A DNA stretch of 64,000 nt from an uncultured Planctomycetaceae bacterium (GTDB lineage: Bacteria; Planctomycetota; Phycisphaerae; UBA1845; UTPLA1), in NCBI GenBank assembly GCA_964414585.1, contig CAYPXR010000093.1:10279-74278 (forward strand). Direction: 5' to 3'. Both the position numbers and the translations under genes were made by a program. The notes under the pieces were generated by a model that did no database searches, was not told the origin of the DNA, and was given only the letters and a program-made list of their open reading frames with translations. Positions 1 through 9,576 of the stretch are shown here, piece after piece. Within the stretch, counting starts at the first letter, position 1, and every line of letters begins with the position of its first letter.

Positions 1-140
1 CTTGTGAATCCCTCCGTGGAAGAGAGGTAGTATATCGAAGGGCCGGGCGACCACAAAGGGACAAACGGAAAACCGACCTCGATGTCTCGGCACGAAGCAA
101 CGCTGGGTACGTTCATGGGACGAACTTTGTTCGAGATCAT
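1..140 (-). CDS. possible 5' part of a hypothetical gene running off the left edge
   Basis: ATG at 140-138 preceded by GGAG (4-nt spacer). Frame stays open to position 1 (MISNKVRPMNVPSVASCRDIEVGF...). Third-position GC about two thirds by hand count. No family recognised. Confidence 0.2.
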   Translation of the reverse strand, partial: MISNKVRPMNVPSVASCRDIEVGFPFVPLWSPGPSIYYLSSTEGFT

Positions 141-250
141 GCTGCTCCAGGAATGGAAATCTGTGAGTTGTTCGACGCCGCGCGGTTAACGCCTTCGCTT
201 GGCACGGCTTAGGGGCCGCTCAGCACGATGTCGCTGATGAATTGACAGGC

Positions 251-769
251 CTACCATTTGTCCGGCGGCGTGCTTTGCTCCCAGGATCGAGTCCGTTGGG
301 GCGGTTCCACCGCGAAATCCGCAACGTTGAGATCACAACGGGGCACGACGGCGATGCAAAAGGGTGCTGCCATGGCAATCGGGACGCCCGGCGGGGGGGC
401 GGTCACCGTCACTTCGACCCGCAGCCTTCCGCCTTCGCGCCAGACGCGCGTGACATCCACGGAATATCGATCGGAAGTGACCCGACCGAGCGTGACGATC
501 AGCAACATCTCATCGGCGAAATTGACCGATACGTCCGCCAGGGGGATTCGAGCGAGCATTGCCGGATCGCGGACGACGACCTGCATGGCGCGTGTCTCAT
601 GGGAATGCGTTCCGGCGATGCGCCGCAGGATCGGCAGCTCCTCCCCATCGGCCGGAAGGGGATGAAAATTTCGCGCGGGCTCATGGCATCCGCCGGCGCC
701 GATCGCGCAGAGCGACGTCACCAATAGCGCGATCAATCGGGTTTGAAATTGAAAGCTCCGAAGCGGCAT
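251..769 (-). CDS. hypothetical lipoprotein
   Basis: 172-aa ORF with N-terminal signal peptide and lipobox-like LCAIGAGGC. Preferred over overlapping + strand ORFs 242..727 and 258..665, which are Arg/Gly-rich shadow-like. No catalytic motif recognised. Confidence 0.5.
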   Translation of the reverse strand: MPLRSFQFQTRLIALLVTSLCAIGAGGCHEPARNFHPLPADGEELPILRRIAGTHSHETRAMQVVVRDPAMLARIPLADVSVNFADEMLLIVTLGRVTSDRYSVDVTRVWREGGRLRVEVTVTAPPPGVPIAMAAPFCIAVVPRCDLNVADFAVEPPQRTRSWEQSTPPDKW

Positions 770-864
770 GGACCCATTATGGAGCGGAGCATGGGTCCGA
801 GGAAGCGCCGTCCCGACATCCTTGGTCGATTGCCTTTAACCCCTGCAGGCATTACGATTTTGTA

Positions 865-1437
865 GTGAAAAGCCGGCTTTTGAACTTATTGCTCGTGGGC
901 TTGGTGCCGGTGGCGGCGACGCGCGGCAGATTGCTGGATCCCCCCAAACATTCGTCCAGATCCGACAAGTCCACCCGCCAGACCAAGACTGCGTCCAGCG
1001 CGCCGGATTCGTTTCAAGGGACGTCCGAGCTTCAGCGGCGATTTCGATCGGCCATCTCCGCAAGAGAGTTGGACCGTGCGGCCGGGGTGCTGGCCGCGGC
1101 GAAGACCGCGCTGAACGCACAAAGAATCGGCGCATCCAGCGACGAGGCCGTGCGCTGGCGGCTATTGGAGTCTGAATTGGAACTCGCCAACGGTCGGCCC
1201 ACCAAGGCCGGTTTGGCGGCGATGGAGGTCGTCGTCCTAAGACCCACGAGCGAATGGGCCGGCGAAGGACTCTATTGGGCGGCCCGCGCCTACGAGAACT
1301 TGAACCGACCGGCGAAAGCGGCGGATCTCTATCGCGAATGCCTGGAGCGCAAAAAGCTTCCCGCTTCGATTCGCAAGGCCGCCGAGGAGCGGCAGGCGGC
1401 TCTGAACCCAAAGGCATCGCCGCGAGGGCGTCGATGA
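865..1437 (+). CDS. hypothetical secreted/membrane-anchored helical (TPR-like) protein
   Basis: In-frame GTG at 865 gives VKSRLLNLLLVGLVPVAATRG... (hydrophobic N-terminus) and removes the overlap with 251..769. C-terminal helical repeat GLYWAARAYENLNRPAKAADLYRECL. Stop overlaps the miaB start (ATGA at 1434-1437). Confidence 0.45.
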   Translation: MKSRLLNLLLVGLVPVAATRGRLLDPPKHSSRSDKSTRQTKTASSAPDSFQGTSELQRRFRSAISARELDRAAGVLAAAKTALNAQRIGASSDEAVRWRLLESELELANGRPTKAGLAAMEVVVLRPTSEWAGEGLYWAARAYENLNRPAKAADLYRECLERKKLPASIRKAAEERQAALNPKASPRGRR

Positions 1438-2960
1438 AAACCGTTTATCTCGAAACCATGGGCTGCCAGATGAACGCCTTGGACAGCGAGCTGGTCCTCG
1501 GCGAATTGCTGGCCGGGGGGTTTCGTCCGACCGACGATGCCATCGGCGCGTCACTCGTCGTCCTCAACACCTGCTCGGTGCGTCAGCACGCCGAAGACAA
1601 GGTTTATTCCCGCCTGGGCCAGCTCAAGCGGTCTCAGCGGAACAATCCGGATCAAATCGTCGCGGTCATCGGCTGCATGGCGGAGCGCGACGGCGACGGG
1701 CTCGTCGAAAAAATGCCCCATGTGGACATTCTGTGCGGTCCGAGCGAGTTGCATCGTCTCTCGGGGCTCATCGATGACGTCCGTACGAACCGAACTCGGG
1801 CCGTGGCCCTCTCCGGTCGTCTTCGGGATCATTCGACGCCGGTGGTTCAGACGGCGGCGCACGACGATCTCGAATCCCTCGATAGCGGGCGAGCCTTCGG
1901 CCTTTCCTCGCACGCCGCGACGCCGCGCGTCTTCGGACACCATCAGGTCTATGTGCGGATCACGCGGGGCTGCAACAAGTATTGTACGTTTTGCGTGGTA
2001 CCCTACACGCGCGGGCCGGAGGTCCATCGCCCGGCCGATCAAATTGTCGACGAAGTCCGCCGTCTGGCCGACGCCGGCGTTATGGAAGTGACGCTGCTTG
2101 GCCAGACCGTGAATCACTATGAATACCACCCCGAAGGCGGCGGCCCTGCGACGAGCTTCGCGGAGTTGCTTCGGCGCGTTCACGACGAGGTCCCGCATCT
2201 TCCGCGGCTTCGGTTCGTGACAAGTTTTCCGCGCGATTTCACCGACGAGGCGCTGGAGGTCATGGCCGCCAGCCCGCGGATCTGCCGGTATCTGCACATC
2301 CCGGCCCAGAGCGGGAGCAACGCCGTGCTCAAACGGATGAACCGCGGATACACCGTCGAGGAATACCGCGCACTACTGGATCGCGCGCGGGCATTGATGC
2401 CCGATCTTTCGATCGCCGGCGACATGATCGTCGGCTTCTGCGGCGAGACCGAGGAGGACTTTCAGGCAAGTGTCGAACTGTTGCGTGACGCGCGCTACAA
2501 GAGTTGCTACATCTTCAAGTATTCGCCCCGGCCCGGAACGACGGCGGAGACGCGCCTGGCCGACGACATTCCGGACGAGATCAAGCGCCGCCGGAATAAC
2601 GATCTGCTGGCCGTGCAGGCGGAAATCAGCCTGGCGCATCACCGGTCACTGCTGGAGCAATCCGTTGAAGTGCTGGTTGAAGGCTTCAGTAAGCGAGCAC
2701 TCAAGTCGCAGGAGTCCGAGCAGTCTCGCGGTGAGGAGATTGATCGGTCCGCCAGGGTGCGGGGACAATTGGTCGGTCGAACCAGCGGCGATCAAATCGT
2801 CGTATTCGATGGCGACGCGGATTTCATCGGCCGGTTGGTGACGGTCCGGGTCGTCGCGGCGACCCCCTATACGCTTCAGGGCGTGTTGGTCGAGGCGCCC
2901 AAGTTTTCGAGCCACGCACAATTGAGGGAAATGCCTTTGACCGTCCTGCCAACCTGTTGA
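1434..2960 (+). CDS. miaB: tRNA methylthiotransferase (MiaB family radical SAM enzyme)
   Basis: Start MKTVYLETMGCQMNALDSE (UPF0004 N-domain), radical-SAM CNKYCTFC (CxxxCxxC), and a C-terminal TRAM-like segment (GQLVGRTSGDQIVVFDG...VTVRV). ORF-track start 1254 is rejected as an upstream extension. Confidence 0.9.
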   Translation: MKTVYLETMGCQMNALDSELVLGELLAGGFRPTDDAIGASLVVLNTCSVRQHAEDKVYSRLGQLKRSQRNNPDQIVAVIGCMAERDGDGLVEKMPHVDILCGPSELHRLSGLIDDVRTNRTRAVALSGRLRDHSTPVVQTAAHDDLESLDSGRAFGLSSHAATPRVFGHHQVYVRITRGCNKYCTFCVVPYTRGPEVHRPADQIVDEVRRLADAGVMEVTLLGQTVNHYEYHPEGGGPATSFAELLRRVHDEVPHLPRLRFVTSFPRDFTDEALEVMAASPRICRYLHIPAQSGSNAVLKRMNRGYTVEEYRALLDRARALMPDLSIAGDMIVGFCGETEEDFQASVELLRDARYKSCYIFKYSPRPGTTAETRLADDIPDEIKRRRNNDLLAVQAEISLAHHRSLLEQSVEVLVEGFSKRALKSQESEQSRGEEIDRSARVRGQLVGRTSGDQIVVFDGDADFIGRLVTVRVVAATPYTLQGVLVEAPKFSSHAQLREMPLTVLPTC

Positions 2961-3005
2961 GCCCCTATCATTATTGACGGGCGAAAGGCCGATTAATGGC
3001 CATGG

Positions 3006-4136
3006 GTGTCATTCATGAGTGAAGCTGCAAAGACCAGAAAAATCGAACAACTTCTCGGGGCGATGAAGACCCACGGTGCGTCCGACCTTCATTTGAAAGC
3101 CGGGTCGCCGCCAAGCTATCGGGTCGGGGGGAATCTGCGAACCGTCAACGCGCCCGCCATGTCCGGCGAAGAGATCGAACGTTGTTTAACACCGATTATC
3201 CCGCCGGCTCGACGGGCCGAGTATGAAGCCAAGGGCGATCTGGACTTTGCCGCCGAGCTGCCCGACGGCGATCGTTTTCGGGTCAATATCTTCCGGGCCG
3301 GCGGAAAGATGAACTCCGCCATTCGTCGGCTCAATTCGGTCATTCCCACCTTTGAAGAATTGCACCTGCCGCCGATCTATCGAAAAATCGCCGACGCGAC
3401 GAACGAAGGGTTGATTCTCGTCTCCGGCGTCACCGGTTCGGGTAAGAGCACGACGCTGGCCGCATTTATCGAACACATTAACCTGAATTCTCACGACAAC
3501 ATCGTTACCATCGAAGACCCGGTCGAATTCTGTTTCAAGTCCAAGAAGTCGATCATCTCCCAGCGGGAAATCGGTATTGACATTCCCGACTACGGCGAGG
3601 GCCTCAAGTACGTCGTTCGCCAGGACCCGGATACGATCTTCATCGGCGAGATGCGCGACAGGTTCACGATGACCGCCGCGCTTCAGGCGGCCGAGACCGG
3701 CCACCTTGTTTTCGGCAGCCTGCACAGCGCCGATGCCGCGCAGAGCTTTGCGCGCATTCTCGAATTCTTTCCGCGAGAAGAACACGGATTCGTCCGGGGG
3801 GCGCTGGCCAGCAGTCTTCGGGCAATTTGCTCGCAGCGCCTGCTGCCGGGCGCGAAAGAAGAGGTGCCGCTGGTCCCGGCGACCGAAATTCTCATCAATA
3901 GCCCGACCTGCAAGGAACTGATCCGCAAGGAACAGGACGAGGGCATTTCCACTCTGATCGCCTCCAGCGAAAAAGAGGGGATGCACGACTTTACATCCTC
4001 ACTGGCCAGGCTCGTCGAGGAGGATTTCGTCTTCATGGACATCGCGCTTCAGTTCGCCCCCAACGCCGAAGGCCTGGCCAGCCGGCTTCGCGGCATCTCG
4101 ACGCAATCCCGCACCATGGTCCAGCGGGTCAGGTAA
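3006..4136 (+). CDS. pilT: type IV pilus twitching-motility ATPase, PilT/PilU family
   Basis: N-terminal ASDLHLKAGSPP, Walker A GVTGSGKST, Asp box GEMRD, His box AAETGHLVFGSLHS. Start is GTG 3006 or ATG 3015. Confidence 0.85.
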   Translation: MSFMSEAAKTRKIEQLLGAMKTHGASDLHLKAGSPPSYRVGGNLRTVNAPAMSGEEIERCLTPIIPPARRAEYEAKGDLDFAAELPDGDRFRVNIFRAGGKMNSAIRRLNSVIPTFEELHLPPIYRKIADATNEGLILVSGVTGSGKSTTLAAFIEHINLNSHDNIVTIEDPVEFCFKSKKSIISQREIGIDIPDYGEGLKYVVRQDPDTIFIGEMRDRFTMTAALQAAETGHLVFGSLHSADAAQSFARILEFFPREEHGFVRGALASSLRAICSQRLLPGAKEEVPLVPATEILINSPTCKELIRKEQDEGISTLIASSEKEGMHDFTSSLARLVEEDFVFMDIALQFAPNAEGLASRLRGISTQSRTMVQRVR

Positions 4137-4146
4137 CATCGCCTTC

Positions 4147-6867
4147 ATGAAGCTTTCGTCTGTCACGCCGTCGGACCCTCGGAGATGGGCGGTCCCCGCG
4201 TGCGTGGCCTTCGTCTTGTGGGGTTGCACCATTCTGTTGTGCGACGTTTCCGGCGCGAAGCCGGGCGAACGTTGGCCATCCTGGGTCGATCGCATTTTGG
4301 CCGTTCCGGTCGAAATGACGGACATTTCCGACCTGCGCTATTACGCCCTGCCGGTGGGGTGGGCGATACTGCTGGCCATCTGCGCATGGCAAAGGCAAGG
4401 CGTTGGCCTGGCGCCGACGCGGTCATTTCGCCAATGGTGGTTTGAAGGGTTGGCGGCGGCGACCGTGTGCTGGGCCTGCGCCTCGGCGTGGAGAAACGAG
4501 TCATGGATGCCTTCGAGGGGTTGGATCTTTGGGTTGTTCTGTGGCGTCGGATGGGCCGCGACACTGGGCCGGTGGTGTTCGCCACGGCAGGCTTTACGAG
4601 CCGTGGTGGTCGGTTCGGTGATCGCCGCCCTCGCTTCGCTTTTGTCCATGGCGCATCGCCAGTTCCTCGGTGAACGATTTTTTCAATTGCCGGTGGGACC
4701 GGTGACGCTGACGGCTTCGCTCGGCGCGTTGTGGGCCTCCATCGCCACCGTCTGGCTGGCCGGCGCGCTGGCGCAGAAAGGGTCCACGCCCTCCCTGCCA
4801 AACCGAGGAAAAAAAACACCGTCGACCAAGGCGAACGCTCCAGCTCCTCAAGAACTCGCTTCGTCATCGCCCGTTGCGTTTTTGTGGGGCATCTTCGTGG
4901 CGATCCTTTCGATCGTCATGCTGGCGGCCGCGGGCCGTCGAGGCGCGACGCTCGGCCTCCTGGCGGCATGGGCCGTCGTGGGCGGTTTTGTGGGATGGAA
5001 TCGATTTCGTTCAAAGGGCATGCGGGCGCTGCTGATCGCCGGTGCATTGGTCGTTTTGAGCGCAGCCGGTTGGTACGTCAGGGGTCAGGCGCAAAGTACC
5101 GTCGAGACGACGAGTCTCCCGCTGAAGGTTCGGTCCATTTATTGGGAGACGATGCTGCAACGAATTCCCGATTCGCCCGTCTGGGGTTTCGGTCCGGATC
5201 AGTTCGTCATGAAGGCGACGACGGCGCTCGCCCACCGCCGTGCGGAAGAGCCGAGGGTTTTGCACGGAATCGTCGACTTCGACGGCCACAACGAATGGCT
5301 CCAGGAGACCTTCGAGTTGGGCATTCCGGGCGCCTTGTTGTACATGTCCCTTCCGCTGGGGGCCTTGATTGTGGCGTGGCGGCGATGGCGTCATGCGGAG
5401 GGCGCCCGGCGCGTGTGGTTGCTCGCCCTGATGGCGGGACTGGTGGAACTTTGCGTGTCCGAACTCAGCAGCATCAACCTGCGTCATCCGATTCTCCAGG
5501 GATGGTATTGGACGCTGTTGGGATTGACGGTGGCGCTGGGACGGCACGATGGCGCTGACGCCGTCGCCCGTGAAGGATGGACTCCACGAATGGGCACAGG
5601 GCGAATCGCCCGACGGACCCTTTGCGGCGTGGCGTCGCTGTTGCTCCTGGCCGTGGTGGGAATGGATCTCCGCGCGGCGCTTCATCATGCCAGGGGCCGC
5701 GCGCTGCTGACTCACGACGACGCCCAGGCCACGAGCGAACTTGAAAAGGCCACGGGCCGCTTCGGAGTGTCGCGATGGCTGTCCACGCGAAACTATCTTG
5801 GAAATTCGATTTCGAGCCGCCTGCGCGCCGAATTCAACGCGGACGCAAACGGATCGGCCTCAAGCAGACCGGCATCGTCCATGACGGAATCGGATGCGCT
5901 GCGCCGCCGCGCGCTCGAAGTCTGGGGCGAACTCTACCGGGCATGCCCCGGTTACCTGGATAACGGCTTTCGTTTTGCCGAAGCGCAGGTGATGGCCGGA
6001 GATCGCGCGAACGCCAGGAATACATTGCAAAAATGCCTGAAAGAATTGGACCCCTACGATCGAAACACCAACGTCCTCCTGATTCAGATCGGTGAACTCG
6101 ATTCTGCGTCGAAGCTGGAGTGTGTTCGCCGGGCGCTTCGCCAGGAGATGTGGGAGCCGGTGTTGCTTTCGACGGCGACGGACGCCTTGCGGGACCCCGA
6201 GGTGGCCGCGATGTGGCCGCGGCGCGTGGAGCAGGCGCTGAGTGATGTGGCACGGACCACTGAAACGGACTGGCAAGACCCGTTGGCGCCGGAAACGCTG
6301 CGCATCGAAGCCCTTCGATTGCTCGGTGTGGGCGATCGCGCGGGGGCCGACCGCGTCGAGCGGGCAGCGGCCTTGGCCTACGATCGGCTCGCGCGGAGCC
6401 ACTCCACCGTCCGCCGAAAATGGCCCGCCGAGGCGGACGCCTGGTTCTGGTCGGCGAAGCTCCTTTTCGATCTTGATCCGGCAAGATATCAGGAAATTTT
6501 CTCTCGAATCGAAAAAGCGGAATTCTTTGTCGCCGACGGACTGCCGACCAGCGCGGTTCCTGATGCGAAACCGATGGCGGAACTCGTCGGTGGACGGGTG
6601 ATCCCGATGGAGTTTCCCGAAAAGCTCTCGCCGCTTTGGCGATTCTCGGCCATGATGCACATGGCCATGAAAAAGGAAGAAGGCCAGATCAGCCTGCGGG
6701 TCACCTGGAGTCTCCCGGAGGACCAACGATCGTCGAATCAGTCCTTCGCCGAGCTGGGAAGACTGGCGATGGAGCTGGTGCAGGTATATCAACTACTACC
6801 TGAATCGAGCCGGCCCCCGAGCTATCCGGAACTAATCAGACTGGCGAATCAATTCGCCCCACGCTAG
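4147..6867 (+). CDS. large polytopic membrane protein with O-antigen ligase/polymerase-like (Wzy_C) core and C-terminal helical-repeat domain
   Basis: 906 aa with many TM segments. GFGPDQF and DGHNEWLQETFELGIPG (HNxxLQ motif typical of WaaL/PilO/PglL-type Wzy_C proteins). About 400 aa of TPR-like C-terminus. Starts 10 nt after pilT. Confidence 0.7.
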   Translation: MKLSSVTPSDPRRWAVPACVAFVLWGCTILLCDVSGAKPGERWPSWVDRILAVPVEMTDISDLRYYALPVGWAILLAICAWQRQGVGLAPTRSFRQWWFEGLAAATVCWACASAWRNESWMPSRGWIFGLFCGVGWAATLGRWCSPRQALRAVVVGSVIAALASLLSMAHRQFLGERFFQLPVGPVTLTASLGALWASIATVWLAGALAQKGSTPSLPNRGKKTPSTKANAPAPQELASSSPVAFLWGIFVAILSIVMLAAAGRRGATLGLLAAWAVVGGFVGWNRFRSKGMRALLIAGALVVLSAAGWYVRGQAQSTVETTSLPLKVRSIYWETMLQRIPDSPVWGFGPDQFVMKATTALAHRRAEEPRVLHGIVDFDGHNEWLQETFELGIPGALLYMSLPLGALIVAWRRWRHAEGARRVWLLALMAGLVELCVSELSSINLRHPILQGWYWTLLGLTVALGRHDGADAVAREGWTPRMGTGRIARRTLCGVASLLLLAVVGMDLRAALHHARGRALLTHDDAQATSELEKATGRFGVSRWLSTRNYLGNSISSRLRAEFNADANGSASSRPASSMTESDALRRRALEVWGELYRACPGYLDNGFRFAEAQVMAGDRANARNTLQKCLKELDPYDRNTNVLLIQIGELDSASKLECVRRALRQEMWEPVLLSTATDALRDPEVAAMWPRRVEQALSDVARTTETDWQDPLAPETLRIEALRLLGVGDRAGADRVERAAALAYDRLARSHSTVRRKWPAEADAWFWSAKLLFDLDPARYQEIFSRIEKAEFFVADGLPTSAVPDAKPMAELVGGRVIPMEFPEKLSPLWRFSAMMHMAMKKEEGQISLRVTWSLPEDQRSSNQSFAELGRLAMELVQVYQLLPESSRPPSYPELIRLANQFAPR

Positions 6868-6873
6868 AGGCTG

Positions 6874-9576
6874 GTGTCACGCTTCATGCGAAAACGATCG
6901 AATGCCAACAAGCCGGTTCCCAGGCCGGCCGCGAAATCAGCACCGATCACCGGTGGCATGGGATTCGTGCCGATCCTCGTCGGCCTGGTACTCTTCGCCG
7001 GCACACTGCTGCTGTGCGACGTGTATTCCCCCGGCGTCGCGGCGCCGGACCGCTGGCCTTGGTGGATCGATCGAATTCTGGCGTTGCCGATCCCGCTGAC
7101 CGCGCCGTCGGATTTGCGGACCTATTCAATTCCGGTCGGACTGGCCACGCTACTGATTTGTTTTGTGTTCCGGCGCCAACGAATCCGGACCGGCGGGCTC
7201 CCGCGAACGTGGTGGTTTGAAACGGTCGCGGCGGCGACGGTGCTCTGGGCCTGTGTATCGGCGTGGAGGAATGACGTCTGGGATCGAACCGGCGGATGGA
7301 TCTTCGCTCTGGCGTGCGGCGCGGCGTGGGCGGCGGTGCTGGCACGGGCCTTCAAACCCCGCGTCGTGGGTTGGACGCTGATTCTCGGTTCCATCGTCGC
7401 AGTGCTCGGAGCAGGCTTGTCGCTGCTTCATCGAAATGTCCTGGGAGCGCCTTACTTTCAACTTCCCGTGGGGCCAATTACGCTGACGGCATCTCTGGGA
7501 GCCCTGTGGAGCGCAATGGCCCTGGCGTGGCTCGTTGCCGCTCTATTGGACAAGCCGGTAGCGACTCCGCCCGGCGTCAAGGTTGATAACGTCGATCGAA
7601 AATCGGGGCCATCCATCACCGGGCTCATCTTTGCCTTGATAACGGCCCTCATCTCGCTGACGCTTTTTTGGGCGGCGGGTCGTCGCGGCGCAGGGCTGGG
7701 TTTGGCGGCGGGGCTTGGCGTAGTGACCTTCGCTGCTTGTTGGAGGCGATTCACAAGTTCCAAAGTTCGTGCACTTCTCATCGCGATGACCGCAACGTCT
7801 CTGGTGGCGGTCGCCGTTTTCGTCCGATCGCAGATTCAAAGCACCGAGCGGGTCGTGAGCGGGCCTTTGAAAATACGGTTGATCTATTGGGAAAAGATGC
7901 TGGAGACGATCCGCCAGGCTCCGGTGTTCGGCGTCGGACCGGACCAATTTGTCACAACGATGACGACCGCCCTCGCGCGCCGACGGGCCGAAGAGCCCCG
8001 AGTGGTTCATGGCGTTGTGGACTACGAAGGACACAACGAATGGCTTCAGGCGGTCTATGAATTGGGCGTTCCCGGTGGCTTGTTGTATCTCACATTGCCG
8101 GTCGGTGTGGTCATTCTTGGATGGCGCGCCTGGCGCCGAGCCCGGGGAATCCATCGCCTTGTGCTTCCCGCGTTGTTGGCGGGGATCGTGACCGTCATCG
8201 TTGCTGAAGCGAGCAGCATCAACTTGCGGCATCCGATCCTTCAGGCCTGGTATTGGACGTTGCTCGGGCTGACGCTCGCGGCGAGTCGCGAGGAGCGAGA
8301 AGATGCGCCGCCCATCTCCTCGACAAGGACGGCGTGGCTTCGCGTGGCCGGTGTCCTGGCGGCTTTGTTCGTACTGTTCGTCGTCGCCGTGGATGTTCGG
8401 GCGGCGCTGCACCATGCCAGGGGTCGGAGCCTGATGAATCGCGATGACATCGAGGCTTCGAAGGAGCTGATCCAGGCCAGGGGAAGGCTCGGCACCGCGC
8501 AATGGTTGGCGACCAGGTCCGACCTGGGAACCTCGCAGGCCAACGTCCTGCGCCAATACCGGAAGCCGTTAACCTCTCAGCCGGCCCAGTCGCCGGCGGA
8601 TGTCGACATGCGCAACCGTTGGGGCGAGAAGGCGATGATGACTTGGTGGGAAATTCTGTCGGCCAGCCCTGGATATTCGGATACGGGATTCCGACTGGCT
8701 GAAGCCCAGACCAATGCCAACGACATCCCCAGCGCGTTGGTGACGCTCGAAATCTATCTCCGCGACGCCAATCCTTACGATGTTCAGGCCAACGTCCTGT
8801 GGGCCAGTATTGCCAACCGCCCGCCCATGGAAAACCTCGAAGCGGTCTGTCGTGGGCTTCGCAGCGGGGCGCTCAACAAGTGGCTCGGCTATCACGCCGC
8901 GCGATCCCTGGGAACGGCCCAGGCCATCGATCAATGGCCCGCGCGCGTCGAGGACGCGCGGAAAGACGTTGCCCGGCCGTCGGAAACCGATTGGAAAAAC
9001 CCGCTCGCGCCGGAGGTGCTTCGGCTGGAGGCCTTCCGATTGGCGTCGTTGAAGCAATTTGCCGAGGCGGCTGAGGTACAGATGTTGGCGGCCGAGGCTT
9101 ATCGTCAATTGGACGCGTCGCGCTCTCCCGTCGCGAGAATCATGCCGGCCATGGCCGACGCCTGGTACCTGGCGGCGTGGGCGACCTTCGTTTCCGATCC
9201 GACCAGGTTCGACGCCGCTTTCAAGATGATGCTCGAAGCGGAGCGGTCGGTACAACTGGGGATGGCCGGCGACGACGACGGGAACAAGAAGGCGGAGTTG
9301 AAGGATGTCGTCCTGGCCGAGCGGACGGACGAACTCCTTCAGTTGATGCGCTTTTCAGCGAAGATGCACCTGATGGCGCAGCGTGATCTGCGCCCGGTCG
9401 TAAACCGAATCGTCTGGAGCCTGGGACAACCGTCCCCGTCGCAGGCGACGATCGACGCCGAGTTGGGACGTATCGCCGCCGAGTTGGTCAAGACCATGGG
9501 CGAATTGCCGATGGAACGACGGCCCTCAGAGTTTGCCAGGATCGTGGATGTGGCGCGGCGCTATTTGCCTCAATGA
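6874..9576 (+). CDS. paralog of 4147..6867 (O-antigen ligase-like membrane protein with helical C-terminal domain)
   Basis: 900 aa, collinear with the upstream gene. Shared blocks include LLLCDV...DRWPWWIDRILA, WACxSAWRN, FQLPVGPxTLTASLGALW, GxGPDQFV, EGHNEWLQ and RAALHHARGR. Start is GTG 6874 or ATG 6886. Confidence 0.7.
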   Translation: MSRFMRKRSNANKPVPRPAAKSAPITGGMGFVPILVGLVLFAGTLLLCDVYSPGVAAPDRWPWWIDRILALPIPLTAPSDLRTYSIPVGLATLLICFVFRRQRIRTGGLPRTWWFETVAAATVLWACVSAWRNDVWDRTGGWIFALACGAAWAAVLARAFKPRVVGWTLILGSIVAVLGAGLSLLHRNVLGAPYFQLPVGPITLTASLGALWSAMALAWLVAALLDKPVATPPGVKVDNVDRKSGPSITGLIFALITALISLTLFWAAGRRGAGLGLAAGLGVVTFAACWRRFTSSKVRALLIAMTATSLVAVAVFVRSQIQSTERVVSGPLKIRLIYWEKMLETIRQAPVFGVGPDQFVTTMTTALARRRAEEPRVVHGVVDYEGHNEWLQAVYELGVPGGLLYLTLPVGVVILGWRAWRRARGIHRLVLPALLAGIVTVIVAEASSINLRHPILQAWYWTLLGLTLAASREEREDAPPISSTRTAWLRVAGVLAALFVLFVVAVDVRAALHHARGRSLMNRDDIEASKELIQARGRLGTAQWLATRSDLGTSQANVLRQYRKPLTSQPAQSPADVDMRNRWGEKAMMTWWEILSASPGYSDTGFRLAEAQTNANDIPSALVTLEIYLRDANPYDVQANVLWASIANRPPMENLEAVCRGLRSGALNKWLGYHAARSLGTAQAIDQWPARVEDARKDVARPSETDWKNPLAPEVLRLEAFRLASLKQFAEAAEVQMLAAEAYRQLDASRSPVARIMPAMADAWYLAAWATFVSDPTRFDAAFKMMLEAERSVQLGMAGDDDGNKKAELKDVVLAERTDELLQLMRFSAKMHLMAQRDLRPVVNRIVWSLGQPSPSQATIDAELGRIAAELVKTMGELPMERRPSEFARIVDVARRYLPQ

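Noticed and set aside
1-212. + strand frame 3 open from the window edge to TAG 210-212
   Set aside because: It uses many codons that are rare elsewhere in this window (aga, gta, tat, cga, agg). The product has no features.
559-864. 5' extension of ORF 559..1437
   Set aside because: It would overlap the lipoprotein gene 251..769 on the opposite strand by about 200 nt and encodes Arg-rich low-complexity sequence. An in-frame GTG at 865 gives a hydrophobic N-terminus.
1254-1433. 5' extension of the miaB ORF
   Set aside because: The conserved MiaB N-terminus begins at Met 1434 (MKTVYLETMGCQMN). The extension overlaps the upstream gene's coding frame.
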